IMG/VR virus record: IMGVR_UViG_3300020049_016248
Strand: one strand, 5' to 3'
DNA length: 64,000 nucleotides
Source of the DNA: a virus
Taxonomy: Duplodnaviria > Heunggongvirae > Uroviricota > Caudoviricetes
In this document: positions 19,679 to 28,463 of the stretch, in pieces
Numbering within the stretch: the first letter of the stretch is position 1
How the letters are laid out: each line of letters opens with the position of its first letter
Position numbers and translations under genes: made by a program
The notes under the pieces: generated by a model
What the model was told of the DNA's origin: nothing
What the model saw: only the letters and a program-made list of their open reading frames with translations
Databases searched by the model: none

Positions 19679-20128
19679 TTATTCTAAAACAATTTGATTT
19701 TGAGGGTCAGCATTTAAAACTAACCAAGTTTTATAATCAACAGGGTATGTTTTTACTTTATTATGCTCATCTCGAATGTGAATATAAATTTGTTCTGTAC
19801 AAACCCCATTTTCAGAGTTTCCTGCTATCCAATCATTATTCGGAGAAAAGTCAACTACAGTACCAGGTGGTAAGTTATAATCATTTGCATAGTAAACAAC
19901 AGTCGTTTTTGAAGTAGGTTGTTTTACACTAGCTTTATTTGCAAGAGTGTAACTTTCTGTTGAATCTAAAACTTCATCAAGATTACATAATGGTGTAGAA
20001 CGCAAAACGCTATCTGCTTCATCCCCAAATAATATTTCTGCTCTATATTTATCTTCAGCTGAAGGGCCGCAGCTCGTTAACATTGAACAAGATAATAGAA
20101 TTGTTGAATAGAAAAATATTTTTTTCAT
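19679..20128 (-). CDS. putative lipoprotein (start revised to 20128)
   Basis: MKKIFFYSTILLSCSMLTSC lipobox-type signal peptide. Confidence 0.65.
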   Translation of the reverse strand: MKKIFFYSTILLSCSMLTSCGPSAEDKYRAEILFGDEADSVLRSTPLCNLDEVLDSTESYTLANKASVKQPTSKTTVVYYANDYNLPPGTVVDFSPNNDWIAGNSENGVCTEQIYIHIRDEHNKVKTYPVDYKTWLVLNADPQNQIVLE

Positions 20129-20258
20129 TGTCTTTTTATTTAATTGATTTATTTTAAGTTTAAAGCTACAATTATAAATTCCAACTTCTTCGTAGCAAAA
20201 GTTATACATCCTTTGGTTTAACATGCAGGAATTAAACTAAGTAATGGAAAGATTTTTA

Positions 20259-20774
20259 TTATTTTACAATAAAATGTTCACCTAACATTTTAACAGCTGC
20301 GATACTTTCAATTGAAAAATCACGAACTTTAATTTCCTTTTCAGTTTCCTGTGTGTTTGACTTTTGAGGAACTGGCATGAATTCTTGAATTAATTTCACT
20401 TCAATAGGAGTACCATCACACAGCCAAATTGTATTTTGAGCTTTTCCACTTGGTTTTGCTTCAACATAAAAACTACCTTTATGTTGAATAAGTGGAGTTC
20501 CTTCAATTCTTTCACCCCATTTACGTGCATGAGCTACGAAAGGTGTTTCAATTCCTTCTTTTTCTCTTTGATTGTTAACTGAATTTGTATAATTAAAATT
20601 CAACATAACGTGCTGGGTCGAAAGCTTTTGAATACGACCGTAATATGGATTACCTGTTTTTTTCATCGTTGGAGATGTTACAGTTTCCAATGTAGCAGGT
20701 GTAGCTGTTTTTAAACGAGAAAAGATTGTAATCAATTCGTTTATTGTAATGTGTTTTGGTGCTTTGTTTGCCAT
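20259..20774 (-). CDS. hypothetical phage protein
   Basis: first gene downstream of an early promoter copy. Confidence 0.7.
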   Translation of the reverse strand: MANKAPKHITINELITIFSRLKTATPATLETVTSPTMKKTGNPYYGRIQKLSTQHVMLNFNYTNSVNNQREKEGIETPFVAHARKWGERIEGTPLIQHKGSFYVEAKPSGKAQNTIWLCDGTPIEVKLIQEFMPVPQKSNTQETEKEIKVRDFSIESIAAVKMLGEHFIVK

Positions 20775-20795
20775 GATTTTATGTTTTAATTTATA

Positions 20796-20830
20796 ATCTA
20801 AAGATATGATATAACTTGTAAACTTTCTAC
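20796..20830 (-). promoter_or_regulatory. candidate early promoter copy
   Basis: reverse complement GTAGAAAGTT-tacaagttatatca-TATCTTTAGAT. Confidence 0.75.
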
Positions 20831-20872
20831 TAAATTAACAAAAATCTTTAAAACACACAGATAGTGCATGTT

Positions 20873-21304
20873 CTACGAGTATTCATTTATCCATTTATAA
20901 AAAGTATCTCGAAATTTCACTAAATTCTTATAGTTCCCTATAATAGTAAAACTAACAACTGTTTTATAATCAAAGAAGAAAAACTTCTTTTCCACTACTT
21001 CAAAATAACAAGTTTCTATATAACAATCGTGAAGATAGCAAAACATTTGCAGTGTTTCTATTACAATTGTTTTTTCGTTTGAACGAAATCGAATCTTTTT
21101 ACTAAAACGATATTCACTTGTTGAAGAGTTTTCTTTTTCTGGTTGAGGGTTTAAATGTGCATTTGAAATATTATATTTTTGCTTTAACGAATTAGCTTTA
21201 TCTTGAGCTGTTTTAGAAGCTTGAATATTACCAATTTTCTTCTCACTTACAGCTAATGCTTCAAGTTTTTTAATTCGTTCTATAATTTGTTGTTGTGAAG
21301 ACAT
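20873..21304 (-). CDS. DUF2786-like N-terminal domain protein
   Basis: IIERIKKLEALA...A..A.DKA..L.QKYNI pattern. Confidence 0.55.
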   Translation of the reverse strand: MSSQQQIIERIKKLEALAVSEKKIGNIQASKTAQDKANSLKQKYNISNAHLNPQPEKENSSTSEYRFSKKIRFRSNEKTIVIETLQMFCYLHDCYIETCYFEVVEKKFFFFDYKTVVSFTIIGNYKNLVKFRDTFYKWINEYS

Positions 21305-21306
21305 AG

Positions 21307-21528
21307 TTAGTTAACTAATTTAAGTTTTTCCCAGTCAGTATTATCTTTTACAACTTCACTTAAATCTGTCAACGTAGCACAATTACCGCAAGTTAGATAG
21401 ATAGCAGGTTGTAACTTGTTTTCATCTTTAATGAATTCTTTTGCATTTAAAGACAGTTTAAATACAAATTCAGTTGCACAACCGCATTTTCCGCAAATAA
21501 TATGAATATCAGGGTTAGTCTTTGGTAT
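21307..21528 (-). CDS. zinc-ribbon protein with apparent ATA start (not in ORF track)
   Basis: IPKTNPDIHIICGKCGC...IYLTCGNCATLTDL...KLVN-stop; no in-frame ATG/GTG/TTG upstream. Confidence 0.55.
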   Translation of the reverse strand: MPKTNPDIHIICGKCGCATEFVFKLSLNAKEFIKDENKLQPAIYLTCGNCATLTDLSEVVKDNTDWEKLKLVN

Positions 21529-21604
21529 AGTTTTCTTTTTAGACTCTAAATATATAAGGTTATTTGTAAAGAATTTCCCTATTTATTAAAAAATAAGTAA
21601 CCTT

Positions 21605-21985
21605 ATGTTAATGAAAGATACTCAAAAGTTAATAAAATTGTTAGAAAGAGTAAGTGGGAAGAAAGTTAAATTAGTTGAAAGTTACAACTCTAATCTTTCT
21701 AATACTCTTAATACTTTAATAAGTGACGCAAAGTCAAATTGGATTTCAAGAGAAAAGTTAACTGGGAAGAAGGTTAAGTTAAAAGAAAACAATGATTATA
21801 TTAACTCTTACCAAGAGTTAATTTATAGACTATCTACAGTAATTGATGGTGAAAGCGATATTCAAGAAGAGATTAGTACCTTTTTATGGGATAATGATGG
21901 GTTTTGGAAATCCTTTTCACAAGTAGAGTTTGAAAATTTAGTGTCCAAACTAGAACTAGAATTTGAGGAGAAAGAAGAAATTTAA
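21605..21985 (+). CDS. putative internal head protein with two GKKVKLxE motifs
   Basis: ERVSGKKVKLVES and EKLTGKKVKLKEN; CTATTTAT upstream (21579). Confidence 0.6.
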   Translation: MLMKDTQKLIKLLERVSGKKVKLVESYNSNLSNTLNTLISDAKSNWISREKLTGKKVKLKENNDYINSYQELIYRLSTVIDGESDIQEEISTFLWDNDGFWKSFSQVEFENLVSKLELEFEEKEEI

Positions 21986-22022
21986 GATACGACTTAGGGC
22001 CGTATTGCGTTGCACAAACGTA

Positions 22023-22061
22023 GAAGCTAAATGAATCGCTCCTCATTTAGCTTCCCTTTTT
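22023..22061 (+). terminator. terminator (12-bp stem)
   Basis: GAAGCTAAATGA-atcgctcc-TCATTTAGCTTC-ccTTTTT. Confidence 0.7.
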
Positions 22062-22331
22062 CTTCTTACTTTTCTTATTCGAAGGAGTTACAAATAATAC
22101 ACCGCAATCATTACAAACAAAATTTTCTGCGACAACCCAAGAAGAAAACCCAGGTCCCATTACACCATTATTCCTAGTTTGTTGCATGATATCTATTTCT
22201 GTTGATTTGCAACAAGGACATTTTTTACCTTTTAATTTCTCTAAACGTTCACAGTTCTTACAACTTTTAAATTTTCTATGTTGCGAACCACATTCAAGAC
22301 ACTTTTCATAATCACTTGGTCTGTGTAGCAT
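22047..22331 (-). CDS. zinc-finger protein
   Basis: four CxxC pairs. Confidence 0.7.
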   Translation of the reverse strand: MLHRPSDYEKCLECGSQHRKFKSCKNCERLEKLKGKKCPCCKSTEIDIMQQTRNNGVMGPGFSSWVVAENFVCNDCGVLFVTPSNKKSKKKKGS

Positions 22332-23920
22332 TATTTTCTTATTAGTTTTAATTTATTATAAACTTCATTAGTTATATCACCAGTTAGACTTAAACCTTCT
22401 GTTTTACCTTCAATAGCTTGATTGATATTAAAGATTTTATCTTTCAACACATCAAACATAATAGATTCAATTGAATTATCGTAAACTGGATATAAAATAT
22501 CTACTGATTGATCTTGTCCAATTCTAAAAATTCTATCTTCAGCTTGCATCATAACAGACGGAGACCAAGATAAGTCATTCATAATAGCTACACAAGCTTT
22601 AGTGAGAGTTAAACCAACAGATGCAATTGCTAAATTACATACAACAATAGAAGGACCTTTACCTGATTGAAATAATTCTATTCTTTCATTTCTTTCTTCT
22701 AAAGATAATCTTCCATCTAATGTTAAACAATCATCTTTATAATGTTCTTTAACAGTATCGATAACATCTAAGTAATTTGTAAAGATAACAATCTTTTTCC
22801 CTTGATCGATTATATCATCTACTAGTTCAAATAAAGATCTATCTTTAATTTTCTCTAAAGCAGTAAATTTTCTTAATACAGAAAGTTCAACTAATTTGTC
22901 AGTATATTCTTTATTCTTCAAAGAACCTGTAAGTTCATATTCAATTAGTTTTAATTGAGCTTCTAATTCGTTTTGTTTCTTTAAAAGATATTCTGTCACA
23001 GCGTTATCATAACCTTTTCTATTAGTTAATTCAAGATATATAGGTGTTCTTGTTTTCGGAGGTAATTCTAAAGTATCTTCTTTTCTTCTTCTCAATAAAA
23101 CGTTTTTTGTTTTCAAATGTAATCTCTTTAAATTGGAAGCTCCATTGAAATCCCAACCAAAAAATGTTTTAATACCACCACAGAACTGTTCACCATAAGC
23201 TTGTTTGTTTTTACCTAGTTCATGTTTACAAATTTTAAGTAATGAATAGAAGTCAATAGGTTTGTTGGCAATTGGTGTTCCTGTTAGCAACCATACTCTT
23301 TTAGCTTTGTTAGCTATTTTAGTAAAGTTTTTAGTTCGTTTCGATTGTAAGTTTTTACAATAGTGAGCTTCATCCCCTATAACTAATTCAAACTTATGTT
23401 TTTCTATTTCTTTTAAAAACTTTGGTAAAGATTCATAATTTACTATAGTAAATTTAGCAGGAGTAAATTTTTTATCTAAAATAGATATATCACTTGAAGT
23501 TGCAAAAGTTTCTATTTCTTTTCTCCAATTTAACTTTAAAGAAGCTGGGCAAACGATAAGTATTTTTTTATACTGACTTTCAATTGCTGCAATTGTAGTA
23601 ATTAAACTTTTACCTAAACCCATATCAAGTCCTAATATAGCTCTTTCCTTATTTAAAAGCCAATTGATATCTTGCTTTTGAAATTCAAAAGGAGACTTGT
23701 TTGTATACTTTCCCCAATCTGTTTTAAAATCTAAAATAATTTCTTCAGGTAATAAGGAAAGGTCATCACTCTTAATGACATGAGTTATTAAAAGCTTTTC
23801 TGCAAATAAAATTTGACTTTTATTTAACACACCATCAGTTTCTAAAATATGTCTTAAAGTATTAAGATATTGATTAGGACCATAATAAGATCTTAATTTT
23901 TCTTCTAAATCACTATTCAT
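22331..23920 (-). CDS. SNF2/SWI2-family helicase (HARP-like)
   Basis: DMGLGKS, IVCPASL, DEAH, LTGTP, GLTLT, QAEDRIFRIGQ. Confidence 0.93.
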   Translation of the reverse strand: MNSDLEEKLRSYYGPNQYLNTLRHILETDGVLNKSQILFAEKLLITHVIKSDDLSLLPEEIILDFKTDWGKYTNKSPFEFQKQDINWLLNKERAILGLDMGLGKSLITTIAAIESQYKKILIVCPASLKLNWRKEIETFATSSDISILDKKFTPAKFTIVNYESLPKFLKEIEKHKFELVIGDEAHYCKNLQSKRTKNFTKIANKAKRVWLLTGTPIANKPIDFYSLLKICKHELGKNKQAYGEQFCGGIKTFFGWDFNGASNLKRLHLKTKNVLLRRRKEDTLELPPKTRTPIYLELTNRKGYDNAVTEYLLKKQNELEAQLKLIEYELTGSLKNKEYTDKLVELSVLRKFTALEKIKDRSLFELVDDIIDQGKKIVIFTNYLDVIDTVKEHYKDDCLTLDGRLSLEERNERIELFQSGKGPSIVVCNLAIASVGLTLTKACVAIMNDLSWSPSVMMQAEDRIFRIGQDQSVDILYPVYDNSIESIMFDVLKDKIFNINQAIEGKTEGLSLTGDITNEVYNKLKLIRK

Positions 23921-24546
23921 TAATTAAAAAGTTTAAAATATAACCTATCACTCAATGGTAAAAATAAATTTTGTAGAGTTTCAAAATACTCTTTAGCTTG
24001 TTCATCGTTTATACAAACAAAATTTACTTCTCTTAAAGAATAAGTATTAGCGTTAGTTATAACAGTTTTTAAAAAAGTTTTAAGCTCTTCTTTAGAAAAT
24101 GTTCCGTAGATTTGCTCTGAAACTGGTGTAAGTGTAATTTTCCTTAAAGGGGAATGAGTAGTAGAGTATTCATTAATCAATGCGAACATATAATTAATAC
24201 CACCTAGTAATAAGTTTTGTTTGTAATTTATTTCTTGTTTATTTCTGTAATTAGGCACTACAACGTGGACAAGTTTTTTTACTGGTAGGATACCAGCACT
24301 TGTAATAATAGCTTCACCAGTTTGAATATATTTTGTGTTATCTTCAGCTAATTTCCCATAAGAAGCTAATGCTCCATTACATTCTTTATAGATAGATGAC
24401 CCACCTTCTCTATGTATTTCCATAAATAAAGAATCACCACTGTCTAAAGTAGGGACAGTCCAATTTACAAGTATATCTGACTTAATACTTTTTAGGTCAG
24501 AGACTTGAATTGTAATTTTAGTGTTTTTAACTTTGAATGTGTACAT
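23920..24546 (-). CDS. macro domain protein (degenerate motifs)
   Basis: SDL..IKSDILVN, IHREGG, GEAIITSAGILPVKKLVHVVVP, IYG. Confidence 0.8.
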   Translation of the reverse strand: MYTFKVKNTKITIQVSDLKSIKSDILVNWTVPTLDSGDSLFMEIHREGGSSIYKECNGALASYGKLAEDNTKYIQTGEAIITSAGILPVKKLVHVVVPNYRNKQEINYKQNLLLGGINYMFALINEYSTTHSPLRKITLTPVSEQIYGTFSKEELKTFLKTVITNANTYSLREVNFVCINDEQAKEYFETLQNLFLPLSDRLYFKLFN

Positions 24547-24606
24547 TGATTTAGAATTTACCAGTTTTACGTTATATTTAGGTAAACAATTAAATTTGGT
24601 AAAATT

Positions 24607-25551
24607 ATGAAATATAAACTTTTAATCTCTTTTTTATTATTATTTTGTGTGAGTTTTTCTCAAAACACTTGTCCAGCAACATTTATATGTAACACGCATA
24701 ATACAACTCCGAATGGAAGTGGTTCTGGTGGACAATATGGGGAGTTGTCTAGTTCAACTGATGGGTGTTTAAGCGGTGAACATAACTCTACCTGGTTAAC
24801 AATTACAATTTTAACATCAGGGACGTTAACTTTTACAATAGATCCAAACAATAATTCAAATGATTTTGACTTTGCAATCTGGGGTCCTAATAGCACTTGT
24901 CCACCTACTAATAGTCCTATAAGATGCTCATATGCTGCAGGTACAGGAAACACAGGGTTGAATACAACTGCAGGGGATGTTGCAGAAGGTATCTTTGGTA
25001 ACGGTTGGGTATCACAATTAAATGTAACAGCAGGTGAGAGTTATCTTATTTTAGTTGATAATTTCACAACGAATAACGGATTTGAGATTCGTTTTGGAGG
25101 AACATCTATATTAAATTGCACAATTCTTCCAATAGAATTAACATATTTTAAATGTAGTACTATGCAAGATAATATTTTAATTGAATGGGAAACAGAAAGT
25201 GAAAGTAATAATCAAGAGTTTCAACTGTGGCGAAGTATAGATGGTGTTAATTGGGTAAAAATTTATACAAGATCAGGAGCAGGTAATTCTACGACACCTA
25301 AACAGTATTGGTACAATGACTATCTATTACCAACAGGTGTTTATTATTATAAGTTAATTCAAAAAGATTATAATGGAACTGAAACGTCTTCAGATATTAC
25401 ATCTTGTAATTTTATTTTAAACTCCAATATAACTATCACATATTACAATTTAATTGGTCAAGAAGTTAAATTAGAAGAAGTCTCTTCTGGGTTTTACATT
25501 AAAGAATCTAAAAATAAAGATAAAGTAAAAAGAGAAGTTATTTATAAGTAA
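24607..25551 (+). CDS. secreted Bacteroidetes-type protein with T9SS CTD-like C-terminus
   Basis: signal peptide; DFDFAIWGP..PIRCSYA domain; LPIELTYF..W.T.SE.NN..F Ig-like domain; YYNLIGQEV..SGFYI tail. Confidence 0.75.
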   Translation: MKYKLLISFLLLFCVSFSQNTCPATFICNTHNTTPNGSGSGGQYGELSSSTDGCLSGEHNSTWLTITILTSGTLTFTIDPNNNSNDFDFAIWGPNSTCPPTNSPIRCSYAAGTGNTGLNTTAGDVAEGIFGNGWVSQLNVTAGESYLILVDNFTTNNGFEIRFGGTSILNCTILPIELTYFKCSTMQDNILIEWETESESNNQEFQLWRSIDGVNWVKIYTRSGAGNSTTPKQYWYNDYLLPTGVYYYKLIQKDYNGTETSSDITSCNFILNSNITITYYNLIGQEVKLEEVSSGFYIKESKNKDKVKREVIYK

Positions 25552-25627
25552 TTTAATTTTATATATTCTCATCTTTGTTTGCATTATGTAGTAAATAGTT
25601 CTATTTATATAATAAAGATTATATATA

Positions 25628-26743
25628 ATGGCTTTATTGGATATGACTAACAGTGAGATTCAAGAATTATATGAATTTACTCAAGTAGCACTAGGTGGAG
25701 AAGATGTTGATGTTGATATTACAGAAAAAGAAATTAGAGTTCTTGCACGAAGAGCTTTAAAAGATTATTTATATGAAATAGGTGTATGGCAAACGAGAAA
25801 TCAGTTTTCCAATATAGTAGGTCAATCGTCAACACTCGATTTTACAAGAAAATTTATTACAGATAATACAATGATTGCTCAAAGGTTGAGTGATTGGTGG
25901 GCGTCAATGCAACGTGTAGGTGGAAAAATACCTTGGAAGAAAGATTATTTTGTATTAGAATCAGGTAGACAGGTTTATGATTTATCTGTTGAATCAGCAA
26001 TCCCATATGTTACAGGTACAAGAAGAATTCATAAAATATTATGGTATGGACCACCTGAAGTTTGGGGTTCAGCTACTGTAAGTGGTGATTTAACAAATTC
26101 AACTTTATTTTCTTTCGGACAATCAGGTTTGAGTTATGGTTCTTCCCCGTTGATGTATTTAGGAAACTTATTTGATGTTGTATTATTAGCACAGGCTTTA
26201 GAGTCGAGAAATAAGGTTTTGAGAAGTGAATTTTTCTATAACATATCAGGTGATATGATTGAACTAACACCAACACCAGGGAGACCTTCAGCAGGTTCTT
26301 GGGCAAGTGGTGCAAGAGTTTATTACTATTACTTAGACGAACAAGATTTCTTAGGATTAGGTACTCAAGATGCAAATGGGGTAGGTGAACTTATAACTAA
26401 CCCATCACAAGTTAGAATAGATAATGTTCCTTATTCAAATTTGAATGATGTATCTAAAAGTTGGGTTGATAATTATACAGTTGCTTTAGCTAAATATGCT
26501 CAAGCAGCTAAATGGAGAAGAGTAAGAACAATTGCATCACCAAACTCTGAATATCAAGTAGAACTTGATTATGTTTCTTTATTAGAAGAGTCTAAAGTAG
26601 AAAAAGAAGAGTTAAAGCAAAAGTTATATGATAATTTATTAAACTTCCTTGATACAGCAAAAATGATGGAAGATAAAGCAGCTATTGCGTTGAACGCAGC
26701 AAAGATAAATCACCTAGGTGGAAGAAAATTCTTCATAGGGTAA
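25628..26743 (+). CDS. gp13: neck protein (T4 gp13-like)
   Basis: LGGEDVDVDIT, WVDNYTVALAK; first gene of the neck/tail module. Confidence 0.8.
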   Translation: MALLDMTNSEIQELYEFTQVALGGEDVDVDITEKEIRVLARRALKDYLYEIGVWQTRNQFSNIVGQSSTLDFTRKFITDNTMIAQRLSDWWASMQRVGGKIPWKKDYFVLESGRQVYDLSVESAIPYVTGTRRIHKILWYGPPEVWGSATVSGDLTNSTLFSFGQSGLSYGSSPLMYLGNLFDVVLLAQALESRNKVLRSEFFYNISGDMIELTPTPGRPSAGSWASGARVYYYYLDEQDFLGLGTQDANGVGELITNPSQVRIDNVPYSNLNDVSKSWVDNYTVALAKYAQAAKWRRVRTIASPNSEYQVELDYVSLLEESKVEKEELKQKLYDNLLNFLDTAKMMEDKAAIALNAAKINHLGGRKFFIG

Positions 26744-26770
26744 CGTGTTGAAAACAAACGAGTTAAAAAG

Positions 26771-27664
26771 ATGAAACAAGTTTTAAAAGAAGTAAGATTA
26801 CCAAAGAGCTTTTTTAGAGTAGTAAGAAGTTTTACATTACCAGGTGTTGATGATTGGGATGTCGCTTTCAATAAAGATGAATACCTTTATTTAGATTCAT
26901 CTAATAAAGATGTTTTAGGGTATGCTACTCATTCTTATTTATGGAAAAAGAAAGGGGTTAAGTTTTCTCATTTATTATCCCCTCAAGGGTATAAAGAGTT
27001 TATGCAAAACGTTATAAGAATTGATGCAAATGAAGCACCTGAATTACCAGGTATTACAAAGAAGAAAGACCCAATTGAATTTACTACAACAATTAAAAGT
27101 ATAGGTAGAAAGTTAGATGATTTAGATTTAGAACCTTCTACTAAAATAAAAGTAGCAGTTTTAGAACAACATTTAACTAAGTTAACAGGAAAAGAAATTA
27201 GATTTGTAGAGTCGATAAACATAAGCGATTCAGACGTAAAACTTAAAAGAGGTTTAAGTATAATTGAAACAGAAGATTATATTATTAATTTCGATTATGA
27301 AGGGGAGAAAGCAACATTAAATTGGATTAATACTAAAACTAATAAGTATAAAGGGAAAGAAATTTTTAATGCTTTCTTAGATTATATGAAAAGTAAAGGT
27401 GTAAGAAAAATAGGTGCTTATGGAACTAAAGGGAATGTATATGGGATTAAAGCTTATGGTTATTATGTAATGTTAAAATGGGGTTTTATTCCAGAAAATA
27501 TCAGTGAAATAAACGACTTGTTAAGTACAAGTTATAATAGTTTTGAAGAAGCTTTACAAGATTCAAATTTTTGGAATCAATGGAAAGAAAAAGGTGATGA
27601 TTATTATGGAATATTTGATTTAACACCTAATTCTTTGTCATGGAAATTGTTTAATAGAGCATAA
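26771..27664 (+). CDS. GKKV-motif protein with GNAT-like C-terminal domain
   Basis: TKLTGKEIRFVES followed by KGKEIF...KGVRKI...GYYVMLKWGF. Confidence 0.5.
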   Translation: MKQVLKEVRLPKSFFRVVRSFTLPGVDDWDVAFNKDEYLYLDSSNKDVLGYATHSYLWKKKGVKFSHLLSPQGYKEFMQNVIRIDANEAPELPGITKKKDPIEFTTTIKSIGRKLDDLDLEPSTKIKVAVLEQHLTKLTGKEIRFVESINISDSDVKLKRGLSIIETEDYIINFDYEGEKATLNWINTKTNKYKGKEIFNAFLDYMKSKGVRKIGAYGTKGNVYGIKAYGYYVMLKWGFIPENISEINDLLSTSYNSFEEALQDSNFWNQWKEKGDDYYGIFDLTPNSLSWKLFNRA

Positions 27665-28224
27665 TGACTAAAAATAGTGAAAACAGTGGAAGTGGTAATA
27701 ACTTTTACGGAGATAAAACTTTAAAGTATTTAAAAAAGCTTTCAAGAGAATCTGTAGAACAACATACTAATACTTCTGTATTATATTTTGAAGTAGATTT
27801 TGAAAGATCTAAAAGAAATTTCTATGGAGAGATGTTGATTAGAATTTGGAAAAACCCTATTGGAATTAGTGTTAGAGGTGTAATTCAATTAGATCAGTCA
27901 GATGAAATAGCAATAGAAGATATTCCCAATAAAACTATGAATTTAAACTTTAGTTGTTACTTAGATCATTTAAAAGAGTTAAACATAGAACCTAAAATTG
28001 GTGATTGTTTCTCTATCAAGAATAGAATTTATATGATTTACGATAAAACTATATTAGATGCTAATATGGTTTCAGTAGCAGTTGATAGAGAAGCTTTATA
28101 TATTAAATACATTTGCATAGCTCTTGATTCAGAGCAAATACAGATACCTGGTGAGAAAGCTAGTTCTCTAGGGTCTAAAAACGATATAACTGGTGATAGT
28201 CAAACAGATAAAAGAGTTTATTAA
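27664..28224 (+). CDS. neck/head closure protein (gp14-like)
   Basis: NFYGE, LKELNIEPKIGD; position after gp13. Confidence 0.65.
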   Translation: MTKNSENSGSGNNFYGDKTLKYLKKLSRESVEQHTNTSVLYFEVDFERSKRNFYGEMLIRIWKNPIGISVRGVIQLDQSDEIAIEDIPNKTMNLNFSCYLDHLKELNIEPKIGDCFSIKNRIYMIYDKTILDANMVSVAVDREALYIKYICIALDSEQIQIPGEKASSLGSKNDITGDSQTDKRVY

Positions 28225-28463
28225 TGAAAGATAAAAAAAATAGAATTAGAAGTATATTAAAAGAAAGTTTAGGTGATATTATTGTTTATCCTAAAGATAT
28301 AGAATCTTTAGTTAAAGAAGAAGACCCTGATTTAACATCATTTGATTTAGAGCAAATTAAGCAAATTATTTTGCGTACAATGGCAGATGGTAAAATTGTA
28401 GAGAAAAAAGATATTCCTTTCTTTATAAATGTTTATATGAAATCTACTAAAAACTTAAACTAA
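28224..28463 (+). CDS. small virion-associated hypothetical protein
   Basis: RIRSILKES LxE site; in structural operon. Confidence 0.55.
   Translation: MKDKKNRIRSILKESLGDIIVYPKDIESLVKEEDPDLTSFDLEQIKQIILRTMADGKIVEKKDIPFFINVYMKSTKNLN

Noticed and set aside
21986-22030. Pistol or twister ribozyme (UUAGGG loop; GGCCCUAAG on minus strand)
   Set aside because: The required complementary pseudoknot strand and flanking conserved elements are missing. Kept only as an unassigned structured-RNA candidate.
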